64,000 nt of DNA from Alphaproteobacteria bacterium (GTDB taxonomy: Bacteria; Pseudomonadota; Alphaproteobacteria; SP197): the NCBI GenBank assembly GCA_965228895.1, contig OZ245842.1, forward strand, positions 3,232,001-3,296,000. Direction: 5' to 3'. Position numbers and translations under genes: made by a program. Within the stretch, counting starts at the first letter, position 1. Each line of letters begins with the position of its first letter. The notes under the pieces were generated by a model, which saw nothing but the letters and a program-made list of their open reading frames with translations, was not told the DNA's origin and searched no databases. Below, in pieces: positions 1 to 10,151 of this stretch.

Positions 1-1
1 G

Positions 2-115
2 ACGATCCGCGATCCCTCGCGCAGCCTGGCGACGCGCCTGACCCATGGCGCGCCCGTGCGTTTTCGTTATCGCCACGACGCCACGCGACTGTTGCCGGCG
101 GATCAGGCGTCATGA
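2..115 (+). CDS. 3' end of ABC transporter ATP-binding subunit (PotA-like, TOBE tail), truncated by window edge
   Basis: Open frame TIRDPSRSLATRLTHGAPVRFRYRHDATRLLPADQAS* ends in an ATGA overlap with the permease start at 112. Confidence 0.55.
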   Translation, partial: TIRDPSRSLATRLTHGAPVRFRYRHDATRLLPADQAS

Positions 116-1020
116 ACGGCAGCGCACGGGGCCGCCGCCGCGCGCATTTGATGCGGCTTCTGGCGCCGATCACGATCTTTCTCGGGATCTTTTTCCTCGC
201 GCCGCTCTCGATCCTGTTCGTCTACGCCTTTCTGGAACCGGGCCTTTATGGCGGCGTCTCCTGGAACTTCTATCACCAGAACTACGGGCGCATCCTGGGC
301 TGGGCCGACGGCATCTATGAAGAGTACGACCCCGTCTATATCCAGATCTTCCTGCGCTCGGTGCGCCTGGCGCTGACCACGGTCTTCGGCAGCCTGCTGA
401 TCTGTTATCCCGCCGCGCTCTGGGTGAGCCGCCTGCCCGAACGCTGGAAGTCGTTCTGCATCTTCCTGATCACCTTGCCGTTTTTCGCCAGCCTCGTCGT
501 GCGGCTGTTCGCGTGGATGCTGATCCTGAAACCCAGCGGCTGGATCAACGAGACGCTGCTGGCCTTGAGCCTGATCACCGAACCCTTCGACATGTTGTTT
601 ACGGAAGGCGCGGTCATCGTCGGCATGATCTATGTCTTGATCCCCTTCATGTTCCTGCCGCTCTACGCGAGCCTCGAAAAACTCGACCGGAGCCTGATCG
701 AAGCCAGCAGCGATCTGGGCGCCAACCGCTTGAAGACCTTCCTGCGCGTCACCCTGCCCCTGTCCCTGCCCGGCATCATTGGCGGCTCGATCATCGTCTT
801 CATCCCGAGCCTCGGGAACTTCGTCGTGCCGGACCTTCTGGGCGGCGCCAAGGTCTTGATGATCGGCAACCTGATCGAGCAGCAGTTCCTGATGGCGAGG
901 AACTGGCCGTTCGGGTCGGCGCTCGCCATGATGGTGCTCGCCGCCGTCCTGATCTTCCTGTTGATCTATGTCTCCGTCGTCACGCGCTCGGAAGACACGC
1001 GCGGGCAGCAGGGAGTCTAG
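112..1020 (+). CDS. potB: Spermidine/putrescine-type ABC transporter permease (PotB-like)
   Basis: Multiple TM helices, EAA loop SLIEASSDLGAN, C-terminal NWPFGSALA typical of PotB/PotH. Confidence 0.88.
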   Translation: MNGSARGRRRAHLMRLLAPITIFLGIFFLAPLSILFVYAFLEPGLYGGVSWNFYHQNYGRILGWADGIYEEYDPVYIQIFLRSVRLALTTVFGSLLICYPAALWVSRLPERWKSFCIFLITLPFFASLVVRLFAWMLILKPSGWINETLLALSLITEPFDMLFTEGAVIVGMIYVLIPFMFLPLYASLEKLDRSLIEASSDLGANRLKTFLRVTLPLSLPGIIGGSIIVFIPSLGNFVVPDLLGGAKVLMIGNLIEQQFLMARNWPFGSALAMMVLAAVLIFLLIYVSVVTRSEDTRGQQGV

Positions 1021-1022
1021 GG

Positions 1023-1871
1023 ATGCTGGAGCGCTTGACATACCGCCTGGCGCGGCTCAGCGGCAAAGCGCTGATGCTCTACGGCATCCTCTTCTTCTGT
1101 TTCGTCTACGCGCCGATGCTGATCATCCTGGTCTATTCGTTCAACGCGAACCCCATCAACATGATGTCATGGAGCGGGTTCACGTTCGACTGGTACCGCT
1201 CGATCTTCGGCCTCTCGAACAAACTCACCGAACAGGCGCTCTATATCGAATCGACGGAGCAGCTCACCAACGCGGTCATGAACAGCCTGATTGTCGCGTC
1301 GACGACAACCGCGATCTCGACGGTGATCGGCACCATGACGGCGCTTGCGCTCGCGCGCTACCGGTTCAAGGTGAAGGCGTTCTACCGCATGCTCGTCTTC
1401 ATGCCGATGATCATCCCCGACATCGTTCTGGGCCTGGCGCTGTTGATCTATTTCGTCACCATCGGCGTCAAGCTCGGCCTGACCACCATCATCATCGGCC
1501 ACTGCACCTTCTTAGGCAGCTATGTCTTCATCGTGGTGAGCGCGCGTCTCGCCGGCATGGACCAGACCTTTGAAGAAGCCTCTGCCGATCTGGGCGCCAA
1601 CAGCTGGACGACCTTCCGCCGCGTCACCCTGCCGCTCATCATGCCGGGCGTTATCGGCGGCGCGCTGCTCGCCTTCATCATCTCGATGGACGATCTCGTC
1701 ATCACCTATTTCATCGCCGGCGTCGACTCGACGACACTCCCCGTCTTCATCTACGGCATGCTGAGACGCGGCGTAAAACCGGAGATCAACGCCATCGCGA
1801 CCTTGATGATCCTCTTTTCGCTGATCGTCGCGTCGGCGGGGCTCTATTTCAGATCTCGATCGACGCGGTAA
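1023..1871 (+). CDS. potC: Spermidine/putrescine-type ABC transporter permease (PotC-like)
   Basis: ATG 2 nt after previous stop; YSFN, EEASADLGA EAA loop, SMDDLVITYF and TTLPVFIYG motifs. Confidence 0.88.
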   Translation: MLERLTYRLARLSGKALMLYGILFFCFVYAPMLIILVYSFNANPINMMSWSGFTFDWYRSIFGLSNKLTEQALYIESTEQLTNAVMNSLIVASTTTAISTVIGTMTALALARYRFKVKAFYRMLVFMPMIIPDIVLGLALLIYFVTIGVKLGLTTIIIGHCTFLGSYVFIVVSARLAGMDQTFEEASADLGANSWTTFRRVTLPLIMPGVIGGALLAFIISMDDLVITYFIAGVDSTTLPVFIYGMLRRGVKPEINAIATLMILFSLIVASAGLYFRSRSTR

Positions 1872-1882
1872 CGCCGACTGGA

Positions 1883-2596
1883 TCAAACGATCGCGTAGAC
1901 GTCGCCGGTGCCGGGGTCGCGGTAGTAGTCGACGCGTTCACCGTTCCAATGGTAGTCGAGGTGGCGGCCCTGGAGCGGGTTGGTGGCGAGGTCGGGGTAG
2001 AAGAGTCCGACGCGCTGGCCGCCGTCGCATCGGACGCTGCGGTAGGCAACGCCGTTGGAACCGCTGTCGCGCAACTGGGCGCCGAGTGCCTGCGCGGCCG
2101 TGTAGTTGTTGGCGTCGTGGACTTCGGCGAATGTCGGTTCGCCGGCGCGAAGATCGTGCAGGTCGCCGGCGACATCGAGGACGATCTCGCGGAACTGGGA
2201 CGCCCACCCCGCCGGTTCAGCGGTGCAGCCCATGAAGACTTCGTGGTGGTAGACGGTCTCCAACAGCGCGACGTCGAAGGCGTCGCCCGCATAGAGCACG
2301 CCAAAGGTGCCGTCGGTGAAGCGGCTGGGTCGGTCGGTGCTGATATGGGTGAAGGGCGCCATTAGAAAGGTCGCGCCCGGACCGCCGACGCGCCGGTCTT
2401 CGGGCACCAGATCAAGATTGCCGACGCTTTCCATCAGGCGCGGGTTGGTTTTCTGCTCAGCCGAGATCAGCAGCGGCCAGTCGGCGGGGTCGGCGATGTC
2501 TTCAAACAGGTCGATCGGCGGATAGCGGCTGTTGATGATACGTACCGCGCCCTGCCAAGCAACGGGCGTCGTCACGACCGAGCCGACGTCAATCAC
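1883..2596 (-). CDS. RES-domain NAD+-acting toxin (MbcT/ParT family)
   Basis: RIINSRYPPIDLFE, SRFTDGTFGVLYAG, ETVYH, YRSVR give the R-E-S residues; GTGA overlap with upstream antitoxin. Confidence 0.9.
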   Translation of the reverse strand: MIDVGSVVTTPVAWQGAVRIINSRYPPIDLFEDIADPADWPLLISAEQKTNPRLMESVGNLDLVPEDRRVGGPGATFLMAPFTHISTDRPSRFTDGTFGVLYAGDAFDVALLETVYHHEVFMGCTAEPAGWASQFREIVLDVAGDLHDLRAGEPTFAEVHDANNYTAAQALGAQLRDSGSNGVAYRSVRCDGGQRVGLFYPDLATNPLQGRHLDYHWNGERVDYYRDPGTGDVYAIV

Positions 2597-3009
2597 CAGG
2601 CGCCGCGCACGGCGTCGAGATAGCGGCGCACGCGCATGAGGTCGGTCATCTCGCCGCCCAGCATGACGTCGAGCGCAGTGCGCCCGCCAAACGCCTCGTT
2701 CGGCGCCTTGACCCAGGCGTAGGCGCGCTGGTTCTCGCGAAAGATGATCCGAAGCGCCTTGTGGATGCCCATGATGTTCGAGAGCCGCGCCTTGCCGTCG
2801 CGGCTGATCCGCCCGGGACCCTCCGCCTTCCAGCGGCCATAGGTGCGTGGTTTGAGATCGAGCAGCACCGCGGCTTCGTCATCGGTCACGCCCCAGCGGC
2901 GGAACAGGTTGACCGCCGCGCGAAACATCGCGGCGGCCTCGTCATCGGTGATGGGCGCGGGCACGAAGGCGGGCACACGGGTGTCGATGGGCTGTATCTG
3001 GGCCATCAT
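2593..3009 (-). CDS. Xre/MbcA/ParS antitoxin (HTH + DUF2384-like C-terminus)
   Basis: N-terminal HTH (WGVTDDEAAVLL..RTYGRWK) and C-terminal WVKAPNEAFGGRTALDVML..VRRYLD; translationally coupled to RES gene. Confidence 0.9.
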   Translation of the reverse strand: MMAQIQPIDTRVPAFVPAPITDDEAAAMFRAAVNLFRRWGVTDDEAAVLLDLKPRTYGRWKAEGPGRISRDGKARLSNIMGIHKALRIIFRENQRAYAWVKAPNEAFGGRTALDVMLGGEMTDLMRVRRYLDAVRGAW

Positions 3010-3016
3010 GCTTTCT

Positions 3017-3057
3017 CCAATATGGCATTATATTGGCATTTCCTTGCCGTTTGGCAA
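3017..3057 (-). promoter_or_regulatory. Putative TA promoter/operator
   Basis: Inverted repeats CCAATAT-N6-ATATTGG (3017-3036) and TTGCC-N4-GGCAA (3044-3057) overlap minus-strand TTGCCA..TATAAT boxes upstream of the antitoxin. Confidence 0.6.
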
Positions 3058-3099
3058 TACATACGAAGATGAAGCGGAGCGGCGCACGATGTCGGCCGT

Positions 3100-4431
3100 C
3101 TAGGCGTCCTTCTGCACCGACAGAAGCTCCCATTCACCGGGTATGCCTTTCAGCTCGGCGGTTCTTTCGGCGACGAACTCAATGCCGGACCCGACGGTCA
3201 GGTCTCTAACCGTCCGTGAGACCCATATTGAGTCGGGCCGCGCCTCGGCCGCGACCCGCGCTGCCAAATGGACGGCCAATCCGCTGAGATCATCGCCGCG
3301 TTTCTCGCATTCGCCCGTATGGACACCGGCGCGAATCGTGATGCCCAAGCGCGCGAGATCGCGGGCGGCAGCCATGCCACAGTGAATGGCGCTTGTCGGC
3401 CCTTCAAATGTCAGAAGAAGACCGTCACCGGTGGAGTTGATAACGTTGCCGTTGAACTGGCGGACATGACGGCGAAGAATCTGGTCGTGCTGATCGAGAA
3501 GACTGCGCCAGTCTTCATCTCCAATGCGTGCAGCCGTCGCAGTAGACTCGACGATATCGGTGATCATCACGGTCTCCAGCGTTCGCTGGGTCGGCGGTCC
3601 CGCTTGCGTACCGGTCACGAACTCTCTGATCTCCGAGGCTATCAAGTCTGCGTCCGCGGCCCAGTCAATGTGGTCGTCACTTGGCAGCTCCACCAACTTC
3701 GCGTTGGGGATGCATCGCGCGAGATAGCGGCCGTTCTCAACATTCGACCAGCGATCCCCTCTCGCTTGCAGCACCAACGTCCGCACCTGAATCGTCGACA
3801 GGATGCTGCGCACATCGACGTCGATCATGTTGCGGGAGAACAAGATGGCATCGCTGGGGCCGGCGCTGTAGCGAAGGTAACTCGCGAACCACTCGCGTGC
3901 ATGATCGTCATGCGCAAGGCTCGGTGCACCCTCGTTCAGATCGAAGGGACCACCCCAGTTCCTTTCCAGATCGTCAATCCACCTCTCCCATTCCTCGCGC
4001 GAACGGCGCCAGGGGTATTCAGGGGTTCCGTGGCCGATGGGAAACGAGCCGCATAGTATGAGAGAGTGGGTGCGCTCAGGATAAGTCGCGGCGAACAGCA
4101 TGCTCATAAACCCGCCCTCCGACGAAGCGTAGATGGCGGCGCGTTCGGACCCCGCGGCATCCATCACGGCGCGTACATCCTCCAGGCGTTGCTCGAGCGT
4201 TGGGAAGCCGACATTGCGGTCGGACATCCCGGTTCCGCGTTTGTCGAACCGGATGAGGCGTGAGAATCCAGCCAGCTTGTTCAGGAACCCGGCATAGCGC
4301 GGGAATTCCCAGGCGTACTCGACGTTCGACAACCAGCCGGGGACATAGACGAGGTCGAGCGGCGCGTCACCGGTAAGCTGATAGGCGATAGAAACATCGC
4401 CGCTTTTTGCAAACTTAGTCTGGTTCTGCAC
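3100..4431 (-). CDS. Alpha/beta hydrolase fused to class III adenylate/guanylate cyclase (LipJ/Rv1900c-like architecture)
   Basis: FDKRGTGMSD and SSEGG hydrolase motifs; cyclase motifs TDIVEST, STGDG, GVHTGE, AVHLAARV. Confidence 0.9.
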   Translation of the reverse strand: MQNQTKFAKSGDVSIAYQLTGDAPLDLVYVPGWLSNVEYAWEFPRYAGFLNKLAGFSRLIRFDKRGTGMSDRNVGFPTLEQRLEDVRAVMDAAGSERAAIYASSEGGFMSMLFAATYPERTHSLILCGSFPIGHGTPEYPWRRSREEWERWIDDLERNWGGPFDLNEGAPSLAHDDHAREWFASYLRYSAGPSDAILFSRNMIDVDVRSILSTIQVRTLVLQARGDRWSNVENGRYLARCIPNAKLVELPSDDHIDWAADADLIASEIREFVTGTQAGPPTQRTLETVMITDIVESTATAARIGDEDWRSLLDQHDQILRRHVRQFNGNVINSTGDGLLLTFEGPTSAIHCGMAAARDLARLGITIRAGVHTGECEKRGDDLSGLAVHLAARVAAEARPDSIWVSRTVRDLTVGSGIEFVAERTAELKGIPGEWELLSVQKDA

Positions 4432-4634
4432 AACGTTGGTCCGCCATTTCGTCCAATCACCGGCATACGACAGAGACGAGAATACGCTGAGCGCTCCAAT
4501 GGCACCACGGCGTGCGGCAATGCGCGAAACTTGTGATTAGCGCACCAACCCAAAGCAGCAGGCAAAAGACTCGCAGCGATCGCCGCCCTATCATAGCCTC
4601 TTGTCTGATACAGGCGATGCAAGGGGCAAGCATC

Positions 4635-5807
4635 ATGGCATCGGAACTTTCCGGTTTACTGGCGGCTGCCGAGGACTATCTCGACCTGCCGGTCGAGCGG
4701 ATCCGTACCTTCGAACCCGGTCACTACACGTCCGAGGCCTTCTACGATCTGGAGGTCGAGCACATCTGGAAGAAGGAGTGGATCAATGTCGGCCATGTCA
4801 GCGAGGTTCGTAACCCCGGCGACTATTTCACCATCGAACTGATCGGCGAGCCGATGATGATTGTGCGCGGGGCGGACATGAAACTGCGCGCGCTCTCCAC
4901 CGTCTGCCGGCACCGCTACATGCTGGTGTCGAAAAACATGGAGGCGGGCAACAAGCAGCGCTTCGTCTGTCCCTATCATCATTGGACCTACGACACCGCG
5001 GGCCAGCTCGTGCACGCCATGTACATGGAAGGCAACCAGGACTTCGACCAGGCGACGATCTGCCTGCCCGAGTTTCGGCTGGAAGTGTGGAACGATCTGA
5101 TCTGGGTCAACCTGGACGACAACGCGCCGCCCTTCGCGCCGAAGGTCGAGGCGCTCGACGACCTCTTCAGTGTCTATGCGCCCGGCGATCACTGGGAAAT
5201 GACCAACCACTACGACAAGATCTGGCCCGGCAACTGGAAGAATTTCTGCGAGAACAACATGGAGGGCTACCACCACATGGGCCTCCACAAAAACACGCTG
5301 GAGATCTATTCGCCGACGCGCAACACGACGAACATCGAATACGGCGAATACTGGACGCGCTATCAGGTGCTCTACGACATGGATCTGGAGATGGCGAAGG
5401 GGCTGGTCGAGCAAACCGACTGGAAACCCGGCGACATGAAGCAGAACCACCCGGCGCTGGATATCCTGATGATCCACCCGGCGAACGCCTTTGTGATCTA
5501 TCCGGGCGGCGCCGGCTTCTATTCGCTGTGGCCGACCGCCGTCGACGAGGTGCGTTACCGCGCGGGCTCGATCAGACCGATCGGCGGGGACATGGACCGC
5601 TTTACCGCCGACGGCGACGAATACGATTCCATGCGCCCGCTGGACGAAGACGGCGAGAGCATGCCGCACATCGCCAAAGGCGTGCGCTCATCGAAGGCCG
5701 CCGCCGGTTACCTGACCTGGATGGAAGAGCCGATCCTGCGCTGGATGCAGTGGATTTCCAGACGGGTGCTGGACGGCGCGGCGGCGCGGCGGCGCGGCAT
5801 TAGCTAG
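4635..5807 (+). CDS. Rieske non-heme iron oxygenase alpha subunit (choline/carnitine monooxygenase-like)
   Basis: Rieske CRHR...CPYH motif; mononuclear iron site ENNMEGYHHMGLH. Confidence 0.88.
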   Translation: MASELSGLLAAAEDYLDLPVERIRTFEPGHYTSEAFYDLEVEHIWKKEWINVGHVSEVRNPGDYFTIELIGEPMMIVRGADMKLRALSTVCRHRYMLVSKNMEAGNKQRFVCPYHHWTYDTAGQLVHAMYMEGNQDFDQATICLPEFRLEVWNDLIWVNLDDNAPPFAPKVEALDDLFSVYAPGDHWEMTNHYDKIWPGNWKNFCENNMEGYHHMGLHKNTLEIYSPTRNTTNIEYGEYWTRYQVLYDMDLEMAKGLVEQTDWKPGDMKQNHPALDILMIHPANAFVIYPGGAGFYSLWPTAVDEVRYRAGSIRPIGGDMDRFTADGDEYDSMRPLDEDGESMPHIAKGVRSSKAAAGYLTWMEEPILRWMQWISRRVLDGAAARRRGIS

Positions 5808-5816
5808 AGCTCGGCC

Positions 5817-6380
5817 CTACTCCGGCGTGAAACGCGAGATCTTCGTACCTTGGATGCCAGCGCCCGCCATCAGGCCTTCCTGATCGAAGAAGAAGACCAA
5901 GATATCCTCTTCCAGCTCCGACACGCTGGCACTGGATGACCAACCGTCGTCACCATAGACCAGCGTCGGCGCGGTGCCGACATCCCAGCCATCGCTGCTG
6001 TCGAGATAGGCGAGCGCCTTGTCGTTCATGAAGAACATGGCATAGCCGAATGTCTGGCCGCCGATCTGCAGGCCGAACGACGCGGCCGTTGTGTCGTAAT
6101 AGCCCTTGGTCGTGTCGCCGGACAGAAGCGCGCCTTCGCCGTACTGGCCGCCGATGATGAGGCCCGCCTTGGTGACGTCCGGGAACACCAGAACGGCGAC
6201 GGCCTTGTCGTTGACCTCTGCCGCGGCCGGAACCGTTTCCAGCAGCTTGGCGAGCGCCGCCCTGGATGCCGCGTCAAGCTCCGCCGCTGTGGCGGCGAGC
6301 GCCGCCGTGTGACCTGCTATAAGCAATACAAAACAGCAGACGGCGAAAACCCGCAGCCCAACCAAACACCGTGCCCCCAT
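5817..6380 (-). CDS. YSC84/SYLF lipid-binding domain protein, exported
   Basis: Signal peptide; VLVFPDVTKAGLIIGGQYGEG, SFGLQIGGQ, GLMAGAGIQGTKI. Confidence 0.85.
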   Translation of the reverse strand: MGARCLVGLRVFAVCCFVLLIAGHTAALAATAAELDAASRAALAKLLETVPAAAEVNDKAVAVLVFPDVTKAGLIIGGQYGEGALLSGDTTKGYYDTTAASFGLQIGGQTFGYAMFFMNDKALAYLDSSDGWDVGTAPTLVYGDDGWSSSASVSELEEDILVFFFDQEGLMAGAGIQGTKISRFTPE

Positions 6381-6660
6381 GATCTTCCCCCTTTGGATCG
6401 AACGGCTCTACGTATGCGGCCGCCACGATATCAGATAAACGGCTGATGACGCGAACCCCGGGAACTGCTGGACCTCGTCCGATTTCTACGCTCACAATAG
6501 CGAGGCCCGCCGAACGGCTGGCGAAGAGATCAGATACCATTGCGTTCAGATCCGTTGCGGAGCCCGTATAGGGGGCTATGTCTTAATTGATTTTGAAGCC
6601 CAGCGTCGAATGCAGGCGCCTGTTTGTCCCGAGTCATTTTGCTCAAAAAGGGAGACAGCG

Positions 6661-7077
6661 ATGACACAGGAAGAGACGAATGTTGCGATTTTGAAGGATG
6701 CCTATTGTGCCTGGCACGAATCAAAAGGTGACGCCGAGGTCTGGATGGACGTTCTGGCCAATGACGTTGCCTTCGGCTCGGCGGCGGACGGCAAACCTGG
6801 GTTGGACTTTACAAAATCGCGCGCATCGAAAGAGGAGGTCGTCGGTTACTTCGAAGGCCTAGCCCGAAACTGGTCGATGGAGTTCTATCACATCAACGAG
6901 TTCATCGCGCAGGGCGCGCGCGTGGTGGCGCTGGCCGAAGTGTCATGGACAAACCGTCACACAGGCAACACCTTCGTCATGCCTAAAGTCGATGTCTGGA
7001 TGTTGCAGGACGGCAAGGCGACGCAGTTCATGGAATACTACGACTCCCAAAAAGCGCTTGAGGCGTGTGAAGTCTAG
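6661..7077 (+). CDS. SnoaL/NTF2-like family protein
   Basis: GGGAG RBS; FIAQGARVVA..TGNTF..VWMLQDGKATQFMEYYDS pattern. Confidence 0.8.
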   Translation: MTQEETNVAILKDAYCAWHESKGDAEVWMDVLANDVAFGSAADGKPGLDFTKSRASKEEVVGYFEGLARNWSMEFYHINEFIAQGARVVALAEVSWTNRHTGNTFVMPKVDVWMLQDGKATQFMEYYDSQKALEACEV

Positions 7078-7211
7078 CGAGCTCTGAATCGCGGACCGGC
7101 ACCCGTCGGTTTCTCTGGACCACGATCGATAACTGCGCTCACAATGACCTGCCCGGTTGCCGGGTGGCCGCCGGCGTTTCGGCGCCGGCCCTGTAGTTGG
7201 GACGCGGACCC

Positions 7212-8117
7212 ATGAGGGTGCGAGGTTTCGATACCGGTAACCGGTCGACATGGGTGCTGCTGGCGCTCTTCCTGGCAGTCGTCTGGAGTCTGTCGGGCCT
7301 GATCTTCCGCATGGTCGAGGAAGCTGACGCGGCTCAACTCATCTTCTATCGCGGAATTTCACTTTCGACCTTTCTGGTCGGCCTCGTCGCCTTTCGTTAT
7401 CGCGGCGGCACGGTGCGCGCCTTCCGCGCTATCGGCCGGCCGGGGCTTGCAGCCGGCGCGAGCCTCGGCATCGGCTCGGTTTTCTTCCTCTACGCGATCA
7501 TGAACACGACGATCGCCAATGTCAGTTTCATCATCGCATCCACACCGTTCCTGGCCGCCGCGCTGGCATGGGCCGTGTTGCAAGAGCGCGTGGGACCACG
7601 GACCTTAATCTCCTGCGCGCTGGCGCTTGTCGGCGTCGCCGTCATGGTGTGGGAGGGGTTCGCCTTCGGCGGCTGGTTCGGCAACCTGGCCGCACTGGGC
7701 GGTGCGTTTTTGATGGCGGGCTATACAGTGGCGCTGAGGCGCGGCAGCCAAGTCGACATGATGCCGGCGGTTGCCTTGAGCGGCTACATCGCCGCACTTA
7801 TCGCCGTGACGCTGATCGATAGCTTCGCGATCAGCTGGCACGACTTCCTGCTTGCCGCGCTACAAGGCATCGTTATCAGCGCGCTGTGCAACACCGCCTT
7901 CGCCTATTGCGCGCGTCACATTCCGGCGGCCGAGCTGACGCTGCTCTCGATGCTGGAAACCGTCTTGTCGCCGTTCTGGGTCTGGCTGGTGATCGCCGAG
8001 ACGCCGGAGGGGGCGACACTGGTCGGCGGCGTCGTGGTGCTGACCGCGATCGGATTCGAAGCACTGTGGCCGTTGCGCCAACGCTTGCTCCGCCGCGCAC
8101 GGAGCGTCGGGCGCTAA
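7212..8117 (+). CDS. DMT/EamA family transporter
   Basis: About 10 TM helices in two repeats; LETVLSPFWVWL motif. Confidence 0.85.
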   Translation: MRVRGFDTGNRSTWVLLALFLAVVWSLSGLIFRMVEEADAAQLIFYRGISLSTFLVGLVAFRYRGGTVRAFRAIGRPGLAAGASLGIGSVFFLYAIMNTTIANVSFIIASTPFLAAALAWAVLQERVGPRTLISCALALVGVAVMVWEGFAFGGWFGNLAALGGAFLMAGYTVALRRGSQVDMMPAVALSGYIAALIAVTLIDSFAISWHDFLLAALQGIVISALCNTAFAYCARHIPAAELTLLSMLETVLSPFWVWLVIAETPEGATLVGGVVVLTAIGFEALWPLRQRLLRRARSVGR

Positions 8118-8129
8118 CCGAACGTCAGA

Positions 8130-8483
8130 TCACGACGGCGCGCGCAATTCGCCGGCGAGCGCCACGACATCCTGCGGGAACGGGCCGGCCGGGCGGAACA
8201 TCTCGAACATCAGATCGGTGCCGTTCCAGAACGTGATCAACCCCTCACCGCGCGAAGTGCCGATTTCCGCACGTGCGACGAGATCCCAATCGATATGGGC
8301 GTGGTGGGTACCATCGCCGACATCCAGCCGGTCTTCCTCGCCGTAGCGGCGGATGGTGAAGACGCCCACCAGGTTGGCACTGACCGCGTCGCTTCCGTTG
8401 GAGAAGATCAGATCGCCGGAGTTGCAGACCGCGTCCATCAGCGCCCGTTGCGCCGCGTTCATGGGTTTCCGGGGTCGCGCCAT
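8130..8483 (-). CDS. Hypothetical protein
   Basis: GGAGA RBS 7 nt before ATG; globular, coding-like composition. Confidence 0.6.
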   Translation of the reverse strand: MARPRKPMNAAQRALMDAVCNSGDLIFSNGSDAVSANLVGVFTIRRYGEEDRLDVGDGTHHAHIDWDLVARAEIGTSRGEGLITFWNGTDLMFEMFRPAGPFPQDVVALAGELRAPS

Positions 8484-8579
8484 CACCGCCTCTCCAAGCA
8501 AGGGACGGCTACCTTAGATCGGATTACCCCTGATTGAACAGCGATGTGGTTTCGTCTGGTCGCCATGCGGCTGTGACGC

Positions 8580-9950
8580 TCAACGCTGCTTTCCACCCGT
8601 TAAGGCGACATAGACCGGCACACCCGCGAGCAGCAGAAGCAGTCCCCACATCGCGGCCTGGGGACCGGCGCCATAGATCGTCCACATCGAAAAGACAAAG
8701 GCGATCAAAGCAATCGGAACGTGTTTTCTGGGCCCCAAGACGCCCACGTGCCTGCCGAGCAGATGCAAGATGACGCCTTCGGCGAAACAGCAGAACACAA
8801 AGGGCACCATGTAAACGGCGATCGACAGGTCGACGATGAAGTCGTAGATCTCGATCAGCGCTTACAGGGCGCCCGATGCCTGAAGCAGCAGGATCACCGT
8901 CGATAAACCGACAGAGATGGCGATGCCCTTGGCGGCGACACCGTTGCGGTTGAGATCACCGAACACCTTTGGCAGCAGACCATGCCGTGCGGCGGCCATT
9001 GGCACCTGTGACATCAACAAGGTCCATCCGTTCAACGCGGCAAGCGACGACAGGATGACGGCCGTGGCCATGATGTACGCGGCGACCGGACCCCATATGG
9101 TGGACACTGCATCGGCGAACGGCGCATCAGACTTGGCCAAGGCGTCAAGTCCGACAATGCCCATGGTCGACATCGTGCCGGAAACATAAATGACCGTCGC
9201 TGTTGTGGTGCCGGCCATGGTCGCAATGGCGATCGTACGTCGCGGGTTTTTGACGTGTCCCGCCGGCACGGTCGCCGATTCCATACCGCTGAACGCAAAC
9301 ATGATAAGTGGCGCGGTTGCCGAAAGGGCCAGGAAGAACGGCAGCGGCGACGGATTGAGCGGCGTGAATTGGCTCCAATCCACCCAAAACAAGCCGAACA
9401 GTGACACGGCGAGCAGCGGGACCAGTTTCGTGGCCACCAATATGAGCTGAACCCGGCCCGCCTCCTTGACCCCCAACATATTGGCGAAGGCGACACCCCA
9501 CATGGCGATCAACGCAATGATGACATTGGAAAGAGGTACCGCACCAAACCCGGGGACGAAGACGTGGAGGTAATCGACAACCGCTAGCGCGATCGCGGGC
9601 AAAGACGCCCAGATCGCAATCCAATATCCCCATGCCGCGAGGAATCCCGCGAAGTCGCCGAACGCCCGGCGCACATAAGCGTAGGGCCCGCCCGTTTCGG
9701 GCAAAATTCGGCTGAGCCGCACAAAGACAATGCCCAGGGATAAGGCGCCGACCGCGATGACGATCCAACCGATCAGCGCGACGGCGCCATAGGGCGCCAG
9801 GGCGGCAGGCACCAGAAAGAAACCGGCGCCGACAATATTGCCGATGACAAGTGCGGTGCACGACCAGACGCCGAGCGACCGGGGCGGACCGTCGTCCAGG
9901 ACAGACGTTGCGCCTTCGCCCGTCTGAACCTCACCCGTTCTATCCGTCAC
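8580..9950 (-). pseudogene. APC amino acid/polyamine antiporter (AdiC/PotE-like) interrupted by an in-frame TAA at 8862-8864
   Basis: GNIVGAGFF, ETGGPYAY, FAFSGMESA motifs; after TAA the same frame continues ALIEIYDFIVDLSIAVYMVPF... through further TM helices to the stop at 8580. Confidence 0.8.
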
Positions 9951-10151
9951 CCGGCCCCCATTGCGATGCGGTCACAACCGATGCCGTCACCCATAGCGCG
10001 AGACGGCCCGAACCGATGCCACCCTTGGGTCTGTGGACGTAACCTGGCGCCTTGCTTAGGTTTGTTGTCCACCCCAATCGGCACGCCGAGACCGCGACCA
10101 TTGTGAGCGTGGCGCTCTCGGCGCAAGAACCCTACACGAGAGGCCGACGTC

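Noticed and set aside
103-5803. Long antisense or alternate-frame ORFs (e.g. 103-1041, 3268-4056, 4656-5669), and similar ones throughout the window
   Set aside because: They are shadow ORFs expected from high GC3 codon bias opposite well-supported genes.
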